Below are positions 39,415 through 48,649 of a DNA stretch of 64,000 nt, one piece after another. Each line of letters starts with the position of its first letter. The stretch's first letter is position 1. The translations under genes were made by a program, and so were the position numbers. The stretch spans positions 3,008,001-3,072,000 of the forward strand of contig OZ245817.1 in NCBI GenBank assembly GCA_965228475.1. Direction: 5' to 3'. The DNA comes from Myxococcota bacterium (lineage in GTDB: Bacteria > Myxococcota_A > UBA9160 > JAFDDA01). The notes below the pieces were generated by a model. The model worked only from the letters and a program-made list of their open reading frames with translations. It was not told the origin of the DNA and did not search any database.

Positions 39415-40256
39415 ATCGTTCTCCGGACTGCCATTCTCGCGAGCTCTCGCAGGGGCTCGGCGGGCTCCCCCAGCGCTTCCACCAGGGCCAGGGCTTCGGC
39501 CAGCAGCTGCTCGGCTCGCGCGCGCGCCGCTTCCGCCCCTGCGACCGGGACCAGCGACCCCTGTTCGCCCTCGTCGCCGGCGTCGAGCAGGTCGTCGGCG
39601 ATCTGGAAGGCCAGGCCGACGCGCTCTCCGAACCGGCGCAGCGCCTGCAGTGTAGCCGCCCCGGCCCCGGCGACCTGGGCACCCAGGAGAACCGAGGTGC
39701 GGATCAGGGCGGCGGTCTTGCGCAGATGGATCCACTCGATGTCGTCGGCGCTCGGCGGCGCGGTCGCGCCGGCCGCGAGGTCTTCGGCCTGGCCCCCCAC
39801 GAGCTCCCGGGAGCCGGCGGTCCGGGCCAGCTCGCGGGCGGCGGCGCGCGCGGTCGCGGCGTCGAGGGCGTCGTCCGCGAGGAGCACGCGGAAGGCTTCG
39901 GCGAGGAGCGCGTCGCCGGCGAGCACGGCGGTCGCTTCGTCGAAGGCGACGTGCACCGTGGGCCGGCCGCGGCGGAGGGCGTCGTCGTCCATGCAGGGCA
40001 GATCGTCGTGGACGAGCGAGTAGGTGTGGACCAGCTCGACCGCCGCTGCGGCCGCGGCGGCCCGCTCGGGCTGCCCGCCGGCGGCCTGGCAGGCCGCCAT
40101 CACCAGCGCGGGCCGGAAGCGCTTGCCGCCCGGAAAGAGCAGATGCCGCATCGCCGCGTGCAGCCGCCCGGGGCGCTCGCTCGGCGGCGGGAGCTCGGCC
40201 TCGAGCACGGCATCCACCCGCTCGCTGCACTCGGCGAGATAGCCTTCGACATCCAT
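39411..40256 (-). CDS. ispA: Polyprenyl (farnesyl/geranyl) diphosphate synthase
   Basis: GGKRFRP, HDDLPCMDDD, FQIADDLLD. Confidence 0.9.
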   Translation of the reverse strand: MDVEGYLAECSERVDAVLEAELPPPSERPGRLHAAMRHLLFPGGKRFRPALVMAACQAAGGQPERAAAAAAAVELVHTYSLVHDDLPCMDDDALRRGRPTVHVAFDEATAVLAGDALLAEAFRVLLADDALDAATARAAARELARTAGSRELVGGQAEDLAAGATAPPSADDIEWIHLRKTAALIRTSVLLGAQVAGAGAATLQALRRFGERVGLAFQIADDLLDAGDEGEQGSLVPVAGAEAARARAEQLLAEALALVEALGEPAEPLRELARMAVRRTI

Positions 40257-40534
40257 CAAACGGACCCCTCGACGTCGTCCTCGTCGAAGGGGGTCTCGAT
40301 GGCTTCGCCGTTGCGCTCGACGAGCACGTCGATGCGTTGGCGCGCCTCGGCGAGCTGCGTCGCGCACTGACGCGAGAGGGCGACCCCTTCCTCGAACCGC
40401 GTGAGCGATTCCGCGAGGTCGAGCTCCCCGCCCTCGAGTTCGCCGACGATGGCTTCGAGCCGCTCGAGGGAGGCCTCGAACGGCAGCGGCTCCTCTTGCT
40501 TGGCGTTCTTCGCGCTGCGGGTCCGGGCTGCCAT
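40256..40534 (-). CDS. xseB: Exodeoxyribonuclease VII small subunit
   Basis: FEASLERLEAIVGELE...FEEG; synteny. Confidence 0.9.
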   Translation of the reverse strand: MAARTRSAKNAKQEEPLPFEASLERLEAIVGELEGGELDLAESLTRFEEGVALSRQCATQLAEARQRIDVLVERNGEAIETPFDEDDVEGSV

Positions 40535-40612
40535 GAGGCGTCGGATGCTACCCACCCGCACTTCGCGAGTCAATTGCGGGCAGCCACACAAGCCTTCGAA
40601 ACCAAAAGGGTT

Positions 40613-42016
40613 TCAGCGTTCCCGGCGGTCCGGCGTTGCGCGCGGAAGGCTGGGCGGGCGCGTGACCTCGGCGCCGATCTCGCCCTCGGCCAGGCGGATC
40701 CGGAGTGCGTCGCCCGGGGCGACGTCACCGGGGCGCCGGACGATCGCCTCGTCCGCCTCGCGCTGGACGAGGGCGTAGCCCCGGCCGAGCACGGCCAGCG
40801 GCGAGAGCCCGTCCAGACGGGCGGCCAGGGATTCGAGACGCGCGGTGGGCGCGGACAGCACGCCGCGGCCCGCGCGCGAGAGCCCGGTGGCGGCGGTCCG
40901 GAAGCGGCCGCGGCGGCCCTCGACGAGGCGCGGCCCTTCCCGCCCGAGGCGGGTGCCGACGGCGACGAAGCGCTCGGCCTGGCTCGCGAAGCGCCGCTCG
41001 ACTTCGCGGGCGAGGCCGCGCTGGAGTGCCGCCAGCCGCTCCGCCTGGAGCGCGAGCCGCGTATGCGGGGCGAGCATGCGGAGGGCCGAACGCTGCTCGC
41101 GAAGCAACGCCGCGCTCTCTTCGACGGAGAGGCGGGCCGCCTGCACGAGCCGGTCCCAGCGCTCGGCGAGCCGTTCGCCGTCGGCGGCGCGGTCCGGCAG
41201 GGCGGCGGCCGCGGCCGCCGAAGGCGTGGGGGCGCGCAGGTCCGCGGCGAGGTCCGCGATCGTCACGTCGATCTCGTGTCCGACGCCGCACACCACGGGC
41301 ACCGGGCAGGCGCGAACGGCGCGGGCGACCGCCTCGTGATTGAAGGCTTGCAGGTCCTCGAGGGAGCCACCGCCCCGCACCAGCAGCACGACGTCGACGT
41401 CCGGGCGCGCGGCCACCGCGGCGAGGGCCGCGGCGATCTCCTCGGCGGCGCCCTCCCCCTGCACCCGGGTCGGTGCGAGAAGGAGCGGCGTGCGTCCGTC
41501 GCGGCCGGCGGCGACGCGCAGCACGTCGTGCAGGGCCGCAGCGGTCTCGGAGGTGACGATGCCCACCCGGCGCGGCCGCTCCGGCAGAGGCCGCTTCAGC
41601 GAAGGATCGAACAGGCCCTCGGCGTCGAGCCGCGCCCGGAGCTGCTCGAAGGCGATCTGCAGAGCGCCCTCGCCGCGCGGTTCGAGGGCGCGCACGATGA
41701 GCTGCAGGTCGCCCCGCGGCTCGTAGATCGTGAGTTCGCCGTAGGCGAGAACGGCCATGCCGTCTTCGGGGTCGAAGGCCAGGCGCCGCGCGTTGCCGCG
41801 GAAGAGGACGGAGCGCAGCTGGGCGTCCTCATCCTTCAGCGTGAAGTAGGCGTGGCCCGAAGCGGGGCGGCGCAGGTTCGAGACCTCGCCCGCGACCCAG
41901 ACGCGGCCGACCGCGCCCTCGAGCAGCTCGCTGAGGCCCGCCATGAGCTCGCCGACGCCGAGCACCTGGCGTCCCGGCTCGGCGAGGCGCGCCGGCTCGT
42001 GGCTCCCGCCGTACAC
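40613..42016 (-). CDS. xseA: Exodeoxyribonuclease VII large subunit
   Basis: GEVSN, SGHAYFTLKD, RGGGSLEDL, GHEID, APTPS. Confidence 0.95.
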   Translation of the reverse strand: MYGGSHEPARLAEPGRQVLGVGELMAGLSELLEGAVGRVWVAGEVSNLRRPASGHAYFTLKDEDAQLRSVLFRGNARRLAFDPEDGMAVLAYGELTIYEPRGDLQLIVRALEPRGEGALQIAFEQLRARLDAEGLFDPSLKRPLPERPRRVGIVTSETAAALHDVLRVAAGRDGRTPLLLAPTRVQGEGAAEEIAAALAAVAARPDVDVVLLVRGGGSLEDLQAFNHEAVARAVRACPVPVVCGVGHEIDVTIADLAADLRAPTPSAAAAAALPDRAADGERLAERWDRLVQAARLSVEESAALLREQRSALRMLAPHTRLALQAERLAALQRGLAREVERRFASQAERFVAVGTRLGREGPRLVEGRRGRFRTAATGLSRAGRGVLSAPTARLESLAARLDGLSPLAVLGRGYALVQREADEAIVRRPGDVAPGDALRIRLAEGEIGAEVTRPPSLPRATPDRRER

Positions 42017-42019
42017 CGG

Positions 42020-43468
42020 CTAGGGGGCGGCGGGCGCGGCCGGGCGGGCGACGGTCTGGGGAGCGGGCCCGCCGCGGTCCCGGTTCGCGGCAGAGAGCCG
42101 CTCGAAGTAGCGCCAGCTCTTCAGCACCTCGACGGCCCGGCGGAGCTGGCTGTCCTCGGCTTCGGCCTCGGGTGCCGTTCCGGCGGCCGGTTCGGGTGCG
42201 GCCTCGCCATCGGCTCCGGGCGAGTCCTGGGCCTCCGGCGCATCGCCCGGGTCGGCGTCTTCCTGGGTGAAGTGGCCTTCGAGATCGGCCTCGCGGACCC
42301 GCCGCAGAGCCGAGGCGGCCTTGGCGTCCTCGGCCTCGCGCTCGACCACGATGTCCGGCTCGATGCCGACCTCCTGGATCGAGCGGTCGCCGGGCGTGTA
42401 GTAGAGCGCCGTCGTCAGGCGGAGCCCCGAGCCGTCCTCCAGCGGGATGATGGTCTGCACCGAGCCCTTGCCGAAGGTCTGCGTGCCGAGCACGAGCGCA
42501 CGGTCGTGATCCTGGAGCGCGCCGGCGACGATCTCCGAGGCGCTGGCCGTGCCCGCGTTCACGAGGACCACGATCGGGTAGCCGCCCTCGGTCTCCTCGG
42601 CGTTGGCCTTGAACTCGTGGCGCTGGCTCTCGATGCGGCCCTTCGTGTAGACGACCAGCCCGTCCGAGAGCCACACGTCGGCCACCTCGACGGCCTGGTC
42701 GAGCAGACCGCCCGGGTTGTCGCGCAGGTCGAGCACCAGGCCCGCCAGGTCGCCGCCGTTCTCTTCGCGCAGGGCCTCGAGGCTCTCGCGCAGGTCCCGC
42801 CCGGTCCGCTCCTGGAAGGCGCGCAGGCGCACGAGGCCGTAGCCCTCCTCGAGCAGGTCGTGGTCGACGGAGACGATCTTCACGGTGTCGCGCACGATCG
42901 AATAGGGCTGGGGCAGCTCGAAGCCTTCGCGGTCGATCTGGATCGTGATGCGCGTGCCCTTGCGCCCGCGCATGAGCTTCACCGCCTCGACCAGGGTCAT
43001 GCCCTTGGTGGGCCGGCAGGGCTCGCTCCAATCCGCGGGCTTCCGCGTCGGGCAGATGCCGACGATGCGGTCGCGCGCCTTGATGCCGGCGCGCGCCGCG
43101 GGCGTGCCCTCGATCGGCGAGATCACCTCGATGAAGCCGTCGCGCCGCTTCGCGATCTCGATGCCGAGGCCCGCGAACTCGCCCTTGGTATCGATCTGCA
43201 TCTCCTTGTAGACGTCCGGCGCCAGGTAGGAGGAGTGCGGATCGAGGGTCTCGAGCATCCCGCGTACGGCCCCTTCGATCAGGTCCGATTCGTTCACGGG
43301 CTCGACGTAGTTCTTGCGCACGAGGTTCAGGACGCTCGTGAAGAGGTTCAGGTCTTCGTAGCGGGTGGCCGCGAGGGACTGGACGCTGCCCGAGAGGCCG
43401 AGGAAGAAGGCGGCCGCCGCCACCCCGGAAGCGAAGGGTACGACGTAGCGGAATCGTTGGCGGCCCAT
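42020..43468 (-). CDS. ctpA: S41 C-terminal processing protease
   Basis: LDPHS, PDZ, DLRDNPGG, ASASEI, FGKGSVQ. Confidence 0.9.
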   Translation of the reverse strand: MGRQRFRYVVPFASGVAAAAFFLGLSGSVQSLAATRYEDLNLFTSVLNLVRKNYVEPVNESDLIEGAVRGMLETLDPHSSYLAPDVYKEMQIDTKGEFAGLGIEIAKRRDGFIEVISPIEGTPAARAGIKARDRIVGICPTRKPADWSEPCRPTKGMTLVEAVKLMRGRKGTRITIQIDREGFELPQPYSIVRDTVKIVSVDHDLLEEGYGLVRLRAFQERTGRDLRESLEALREENGGDLAGLVLDLRDNPGGLLDQAVEVADVWLSDGLVVYTKGRIESQRHEFKANAEETEGGYPIVVLVNAGTASASEIVAGALQDHDRALVLGTQTFGKGSVQTIIPLEDGSGLRLTTALYYTPGDRSIQEVGIEPDIVVEREAEDAKAASALRRVREADLEGHFTQEDADPGDAPEAQDSPGADGEAAPEPAAGTAPEAEAEDSQLRRAVEVLKSWRYFERLSAANRDRGGPAPQTVARPAAPAAP

Positions 43469-43538
43469 GCGGATCTCCTCGGCGGAAAGCCGTCCTTGCT
43501 TGACGGCCCGTCTTCCGGCGGGTGAGGGATTCGGGAGT

Positions 43539-44672
43539 CTAGCCCCCTCCCCCGCCCGCGAGCCAGCCGCCGGGGTCGAGGGCCTCGGCGCCGCGGCGCA
43601 CTTCGAAGTAGAGAACCGGCCCCCGAAGCGATCCACTTTCGCCGGCCGTTCCCAGGACGTCGCCCGCTGCGAGGTTCTCGCCCACGGCGACCGCGACCTC
43701 TTCCAGGTGGGCCGAGACGGTGAAGTAGTCGTCGCCGTGATCGAGGATCACGAGGTTCCCGTAGCCGCGGAAACGTCCGGCGAAACGGACGGTGCCGCCC
43801 GCGACCGAGCGCACGGTGGTGCCCCGCCGCACGCCGAAGTCGATGCCCTTGTGGAAGGTCTCGGTGCCGAACTCGTCATCGACCTCGAGGCCGAAGGAGC
43901 GGACGATCCGGGCCTCCACCGGGGGCGGCAGCTCGCCGCGCAGGCTCGCGAAGGAGCCCAAGGGCCCGCGCGAGCGGAGGGAGGCGAGCTTGTCTTCGAG
44001 GGCGCGGGCGGCGCGCTCGAGCTCGACCAGGGCGGCGCGCTCCCGTTCGCGGTCGGACTGGACCGCCGCGAGCAGGCGCCGGCGCTCCTGGCGTTCGGCG
44101 CGCAGCGCCCGTTCGCGCTCGGCCAGCTCGGCCAGCGCGACGTCGCGCCGCGCGGTGGCCTCCTGGGTCGCGGTCCGCGCGGCGACGAGCGCCTCCGCCT
44201 CCGCGCGGTGACGGTCGAGCATGACGCGGTCGTGGGCGAGGAGCCGGCGGAGGGCCCGCGAGCGGGCCAGGAACTCGCGCAGCGAGCCCGCGGAGAAGAG
44301 CAGCCGGACCGGCCCGAGCTCGCCGGCCTTGTAGAGCGAGACGGCGCGGGCCGAGAGCGCCTTGCGCGTGTTCGCGAGGTCCCGCTCGATGCGGCGTTCG
44401 TCCCGGGCGAGGGTCTTCGCGCGCTCCCGCGCCACGACGACGGCCTCGCGCGCCTCGCGCTCCGCCTGGGCGATCAGGGCCGCGCTCTCGTCGAGCGCCT
44501 CGAGCGCGTCGAGCAGGCCGTGCTCCTTCGCCTCGTAGCGCTCGACCTGCGCGCGGCGCTTCTCGATCGCCGCGTTCAGGCGTTCGAGTTCGTCCTCGCC
44601 GTCGCGCGCCAGCGCGGGCGAGCTGAAGGCCAGGGCTAGCCCGCACCCGAGCGTGATCGCCGCCGCCCTCAC
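43539..44672 (-). CDS. envC: EnvC-like murein hydrolase activator (coiled coil + M23)
   Basis: Signal peptide, long coiled coil, HKGIDF, YGNLVILDH, LYFEVR; follows ftsX. Confidence 0.85.
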   Translation of the reverse strand: MRAAAITLGCGLALAFSSPALARDGEDELERLNAAIEKRRAQVERYEAKEHGLLDALEALDESAALIAQAEREAREAVVVARERAKTLARDERRIERDLANTRKALSARAVSLYKAGELGPVRLLFSAGSLREFLARSRALRRLLAHDRVMLDRHRAEAEALVAARTATQEATARRDVALAELAERERALRAERQERRRLLAAVQSDRERERAALVELERAARALEDKLASLRSRGPLGSFASLRGELPPPVEARIVRSFGLEVDDEFGTETFHKGIDFGVRRGTTVRSVAGGTVRFAGRFRGYGNLVILDHGDDYFTVSAHLEEVAVAVGENLAAGDVLGTAGESGSLRGPVLYFEVRRGAEALDPGGWLAGGGGG

Positions 44673-45574
44673 CGGTCCGTCCGGACCGAGGCCATGGCCG
44701 AGAGCGAACCGACCAGGCCGAGCACCGAGCCGAGCACCAGGACGGCCAGGATCTCCGGCGCGGAGAAGAAGACCGGCTCCGCGCTGCCGATCAGGAAGGC
44801 CAGGGAGCTCGCGAGCAGCGCCGACGCCGCCCGGAAGAAGAGCCAGAGCAGCCCCACCGCGAGGAGCGCGCCGACGAGACCCTGGAGCAGGCCCTCGAGC
44901 AGGAACGGGGTCGCGATGAAGCCGCGGCTCGCTCCGACCAGGGCGAGGATCTCCACTTCGTCGCGCCGCGCGTAGACCGCCAGCCGGATCGTGTTCGCGA
45001 CGATCAGGAAGGCCGCGAGCGAGAGCACCGCCCCGAGCGCGACGGCGACCCAGCGGAGCGCCGAGAAGACCCGGCCGTACGTCTCGACCCACTCCTCGCC
45101 GTGGCCGACCTCGGCGACGCCGGGCATCCCCGCGAGCGCCTCGGCCAGGCGCGCGACGCCGCCGGCCGTGCGTTCGCCGGGTTCGAGGGCCACGTCGAGC
45201 GAGGCCGGCAGCGGGTTCTCCTCGAGGCCGTCGAGCAGCCCGGCGCGGCCCCCCGCCGCACTCTCGAAGCGGCGCAGAGCTTCGTCCCGCGTCACGACTT
45301 CGACGCTCGCCACGCCGTCGAGGCCGCTCGCGCGGGTCGCCAGGGCGCGGGTGGCGCGATCGTCGAGGCCGTCCTCGAGGTAGGCCGTCACGGTCAGGTC
45401 GTCGCCCACGTGTTCGACGAGGCCGGCCATCTGCTTCAGCACGAGGCCGAACACGCACGAGACGAGCAGCATGGTCGCGATCGTTCCGACGGCGACGGCG
45501 CTCGTCACCGGACTCGAGCGCAGACCCGAGACGGCCTCGCGCAGGAAGTAGAAGCCCCGCCACAGGCGCGTCAT
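44669..45574 (-). CDS. ftsX: Cell division permease FtsX
   Basis: NPLPASL, IVANTIRLAVYARRDE, PFLLEG. Confidence 0.9.
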   Translation of the reverse strand: MTRLWRGFYFLREAVSGLRSSPVTSAVAVGTIATMLLVSCVFGLVLKQMAGLVEHVGDDLTVTAYLEDGLDDRATRALATRASGLDGVASVEVVTRDEALRRFESAAGGRAGLLDGLEENPLPASLDVALEPGERTAGGVARLAEALAGMPGVAEVGHGEEWVETYGRVFSALRWVAVALGAVLSLAAFLIVANTIRLAVYARRDEVEILALVGASRGFIATPFLLEGLLQGLVGALLAVGLLWLFFRAASALLASSLAFLIGSAEPVFFSAPEILAVLVLGSVLGLVGSLSAMASVRTDR

Positions 45575-45596
45575 GGTGCGAGCCGCCGCGGGCGCT

Positions 45597-46316
45597 TCAC
45601 GGGGCCGCCTCGGGAGGCGGGGGGCCGGCGCTGTCCGAGAGCCGGCCTTCGACCAGATGCAGCACGCGGTGGCCGTAGCGCTCGACCAGGCCGAGGTCAT
45701 GGGTCGCCACCACCACCGTCGTCCCCCGCGCGGCGGCCGCCACGAGCAGGTCCATGATCTCGATCGTCAGCTCGGGGTCGAGGTTCCCCGTCGGCTCGTC
45801 GGCCAGGAGCAGCTCGGGCTCCCCGACCAGCGCCCGCGCGATCGCGACGCGCTGCTGCTCCCCGCCCGAGAGCGCGAGCGGCGGCGAGTGCCGGCGGTGC
45901 TGCAGCCCGACCTGTTTCAGCATGCGGAAGGCCCGGCCCTTCACCTGCCGCGCCGGCTCCCCGCGCACCGCGAGAGTCAGGCCGACGTTCTCCTCGACGG
46001 TGCGCCGCGAGAGCAGCTTGAAGTCCTGGAAGACCACGCCGATCCGCCGGCGCAGGGTCGGGACGGCCGAGTCCGAGAGGCGCGCGATGTTGCGGCCGCC
46101 GATGATGATGCTGCCCTCGCTCGGCTGCTCCTCGGCGAACAGGAGCTTCAGGAGCGTGGTCTTCCCGGCCCCGCTCGGGCCCGTCAGGAAGACGAACTCG
46201 CCCTTCCCGATGCTGAGGTTCACGTCGCGCAGGGCAAAGGCGCCGGGCAGGTACGACTTCGAGACGTGGAAGAACCGGACGAGCGCCTCGCGGCCGGCTT
46301 CGTCGGTGAGGCTCAC
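45597..46316 (-). CDS. ftsE: Cell division ATPase FtsE
   Basis: GPSGAGKTT, IGVVFQDFKLL, LSGGEQQR, ADEPTGNLD. Confidence 0.9.
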   Translation of the reverse strand: MSLTDEAGREALVRFFHVSKSYLPGAFALRDVNLSIGKGEFVFLTGPSGAGKTTLLKLLFAEEQPSEGSIIIGGRNIARLSDSAVPTLRRRIGVVFQDFKLLSRRTVEENVGLTLAVRGEPARQVKGRAFRMLKQVGLQHRRHSPPLALSGGEQQRVAIARALVGEPELLLADEPTGNLDPELTIEIMDLLVAAAARGTTVVVATHDLGLVERYGHRVLHLVEGRLSDSAGPPPPEAAP

Positions 46317-46873
46317 CGCTTGCTGCGGTGTCGCGCGGACTCCAGCAGATAGTCCAGCACCACCTCGTCGAGGGGGCGCTGGCCGCCTTCGGCCGCCGCG
46401 CCCTCGTCGCTCGGGCTGGCCTCCGGTGCCGGGGCCGGCTCGGGCGCGGCCGGAGCGCTCTTCGCACGCACCGCGCTCTTCGCACCCACCGGACTCGGCG
46501 GTGCGGGCTCGGGCTTCGCGATCTCCTCGGCGGCCACGCGCTGGATCGGCGTCGGCGCCTCGGGCTCCTGCGAAGCCTTCGAACCTCCGCCCTTGCCGGA
46601 GCCGAGCCGCTCGCGGATGACGGCGTTCAGCTGCCCGCTCTTCAGCTTCTCGACCATGGCGCCGTGCTGCTCTTCCATCAACGCCTTCACGGCGGTCGGC
46701 AGGTCCGCGTCTTCCTGCAGCAGGTGCTCGTAGCTCCGCTTCTCGGAGGCGAGAATGTTCCCGCCATGGAACAGGTGGGTGATGACGTGCGGATGCGCGC
46801 GCCCACTGTCCTCGGTCTGGACGTGGAACACGACACCCTTGTGCCGCACGTTCGTATTGAACCCCGAGAGCAT
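46313..46873 (-). CDS. Hypothetical protein coupled to ftsE
   Basis: Globular N-terminus (MLSGFNTNVRHKGVVFHVQTEDSG), P/A/E linker, C-terminal PLDEVVLDYL; GTGA overlap with ftsE. Confidence 0.7.
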   Translation of the reverse strand: MLSGFNTNVRHKGVVFHVQTEDSGRAHPHVITHLFHGGNILASEKRSYEHLLQEDADLPTAVKALMEEQHGAMVEKLKSGQLNAVIRERLGSGKGGGSKASQEPEAPTPIQRVAAEEIAKPEPAPPSPVGAKSAVRAKSAPAAPEPAPAPEASPSDEGAAAEGGQRPLDEVVLDYLLESARHRSKR

Positions 46874-47127
46874 CGCGGGCCAGACCCCCCAACGGCCACA
46901 CAACTGCCGGGCGCGAAGACGCTTCGATCGCCCGAACCCTGTGTAACCAAACCCCGCCCAAGCAGGCAAACCCCGACGCCGAGCGCCCGGATCCACCCCG
47001 CTCTTGCATCGGCTGCCCCTGTCCAATGCTGAAACTCGAGTATCATCCGCCGGCCCCAAGGAGCCGGGGCGCGCTCGATCAGACCGGCTCCGTCAAGCCC
47101 GGGCACGCCCGTGCCGTTGAGGACGAC

Positions 47128-47889
47128 ATGACTCGGACCCGTCGAACGTTGTGGTGCCTGGCCCTCGCTGCCCTGGCCGTCGGACTGGCCGGCTCGCCGG
47201 CCGCGGCCCAGGACGCCCCCCTCGTCACCCAGGACGACGTTACCCAGAGCGATTCCTGGCTCGACTCCATGAACCGCGGCAGCCGCGAGTTCAACTTCTG
47301 GATGTTCGACCACGTCCTGGAGCCGACCGCGCGTGGCTACAACTACGTCATGCCCAAATGGGGCCAGCAGCGGGTCCAGAACTTCTTCGAGAACCTGAGC
47401 CGGCCGCGCGACATCGTGAACAGCCTGCTCCAGGCCAAGGGACGGCGCGCCGGGAACCACCTGGCCGCGTTCCTCGTGAACTCGACGGTGGGCATCGCGG
47501 GCCTCTTCACCGTTTCGGAGCGGCTGACCTTCCTCGACGTCGAGCCGCCCGAGACCACCAACGAGACCCTCGGCGTCTACGCGATCCCGCCCGGCCCGTA
47601 TCTCGTGCTGCCGTTCCTCGGCGAGTCCTGCCCGCGCTGTCTCGTGGGCATGGTCGGCGACGCCGCCCTGAACCCGATCTTCTGGATCCCGGGCAACGCC
47701 GGCATCTACGCGGGCGTCGGCGCCCGGACGCTGACGGCCTTGAACCTCGTGGCCAAGCAGATGCCCTCGGCCTACAGCGGCAGCGACTCGGAGTGGGACG
47801 CCTACCGCGAGCGGATCAGCGAGCGCACGGCCTACGACGAGTCCAAGCGCCTCTTCTTCGAGAACCTGGAACTCGACGTCCTCGACTGA
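47128..47889 (+). CDS. mlaA: MlaA/VacJ family protein
   Basis: MNR...FN, NFFENL, LVNSTVGIAGLF, GPYLVLPFLG. Confidence 0.8.
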   Translation: MTRTRRTLWCLALAALAVGLAGSPAAAQDAPLVTQDDVTQSDSWLDSMNRGSREFNFWMFDHVLEPTARGYNYVMPKWGQQRVQNFFENLSRPRDIVNSLLQAKGRRAGNHLAAFLVNSTVGIAGLFTVSERLTFLDVEPPETTNETLGVYAIPPGPYLVLPFLGESCPRCLVGMVGDAALNPIFWIPGNAGIYAGVGARTLTALNLVAKQMPSAYSGSDSEWDAYRERISERTAYDESKRLFFENLELDVLD

Positions 47890-47954
47890 TCCCGGGTACG
47901 GGGATCCCGAGGGCGAAGGCCGGGCCTCCGCCCCCGGGCCGGCGGGCGCACCCC

Positions 47955-48614
47955 TCATGCGAAGAGGTGAGCCCGCCCTCCCTGGTGTTGCCTCGCGAGC
48001 GCGAACGCCGCGAAGCCCATGAGCAGCAGCGCGGCCGGCTCCGGCACCGCGAGCGGGGCGCTCCCCGGGGTCGGCGACGCCAGCACGATGAAGTCCGCCG
48101 CGTTGTCGCCGGTGTCGACGTTGGCGAAGCGGCGCGCGAGGCTCGATCCGGCGGCCGGATCGGGCGCGGCGCTGCCTTCTCCGGCGAAGATCTCTCCGGC
48201 TCCGAAGACGCCGTAGCCGAGGGCATCGAGCACCGAGGTCTCGCTCCGGAGCACCACCGAATCCGGACCGTTCTGGAAATCGAAGTTCGCGAGCAGGTCG
48301 GCCCCCGGCACCGCGGTGCCCCCGCCGCTCGCCGTGTCGGCGACGACGAAGACGCCGTCGGGCCCGATCGTGCCCGAGAGCGCGATCACCGGGCCGGCGG
48401 CGCCGTTCGAGCCGTTGATGCCCTCGAGAAAGAGCCCGTCGAGCGACGTCCCCGCAGCGCCGTAGAGCTCGACGAAGCCGAGGCCGTCGTCGCTCCCGGG
48501 GGCGTCGTAGAGGACTTCGGAAATCACGGGCATGGCCGCTGCGGGCAGGGGAAGGAGCCAGGCCAGGGCGAGCAGCGCGCGCGCTCCCGACCGGCCCATC
48601 GAGTGGAGGATCAT
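47955..48614 (-). CDS. Lamin-tail-domain protein with PEP-CTERM
   Basis: VISEVLYDAPGSD...FVELY, DTGDNAADF, PTPG, then VPEPAALLLMGFAAFALAR. Confidence 0.8.
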   Translation of the reverse strand: MILHSMGRSGARALLALAWLLPLPAAAMPVISEVLYDAPGSDDGLGFVELYGAAGTSLDGLFLEGINGSNGAAGPVIALSGTIGPDGVFVVADTASGGGTAVPGADLLANFDFQNGPDSVVLRSETSVLDALGYGVFGAGEIFAGEGSAAPDPAAGSSLARRFANVDTGDNAADFIVLASPTPGSAPLAVPEPAALLLMGFAAFALARQHQGGRAHLFA

Positions 48615-48649
48615 GTCGTTCTCCCGGGACACGGGGCGGGGTGAGCGAG

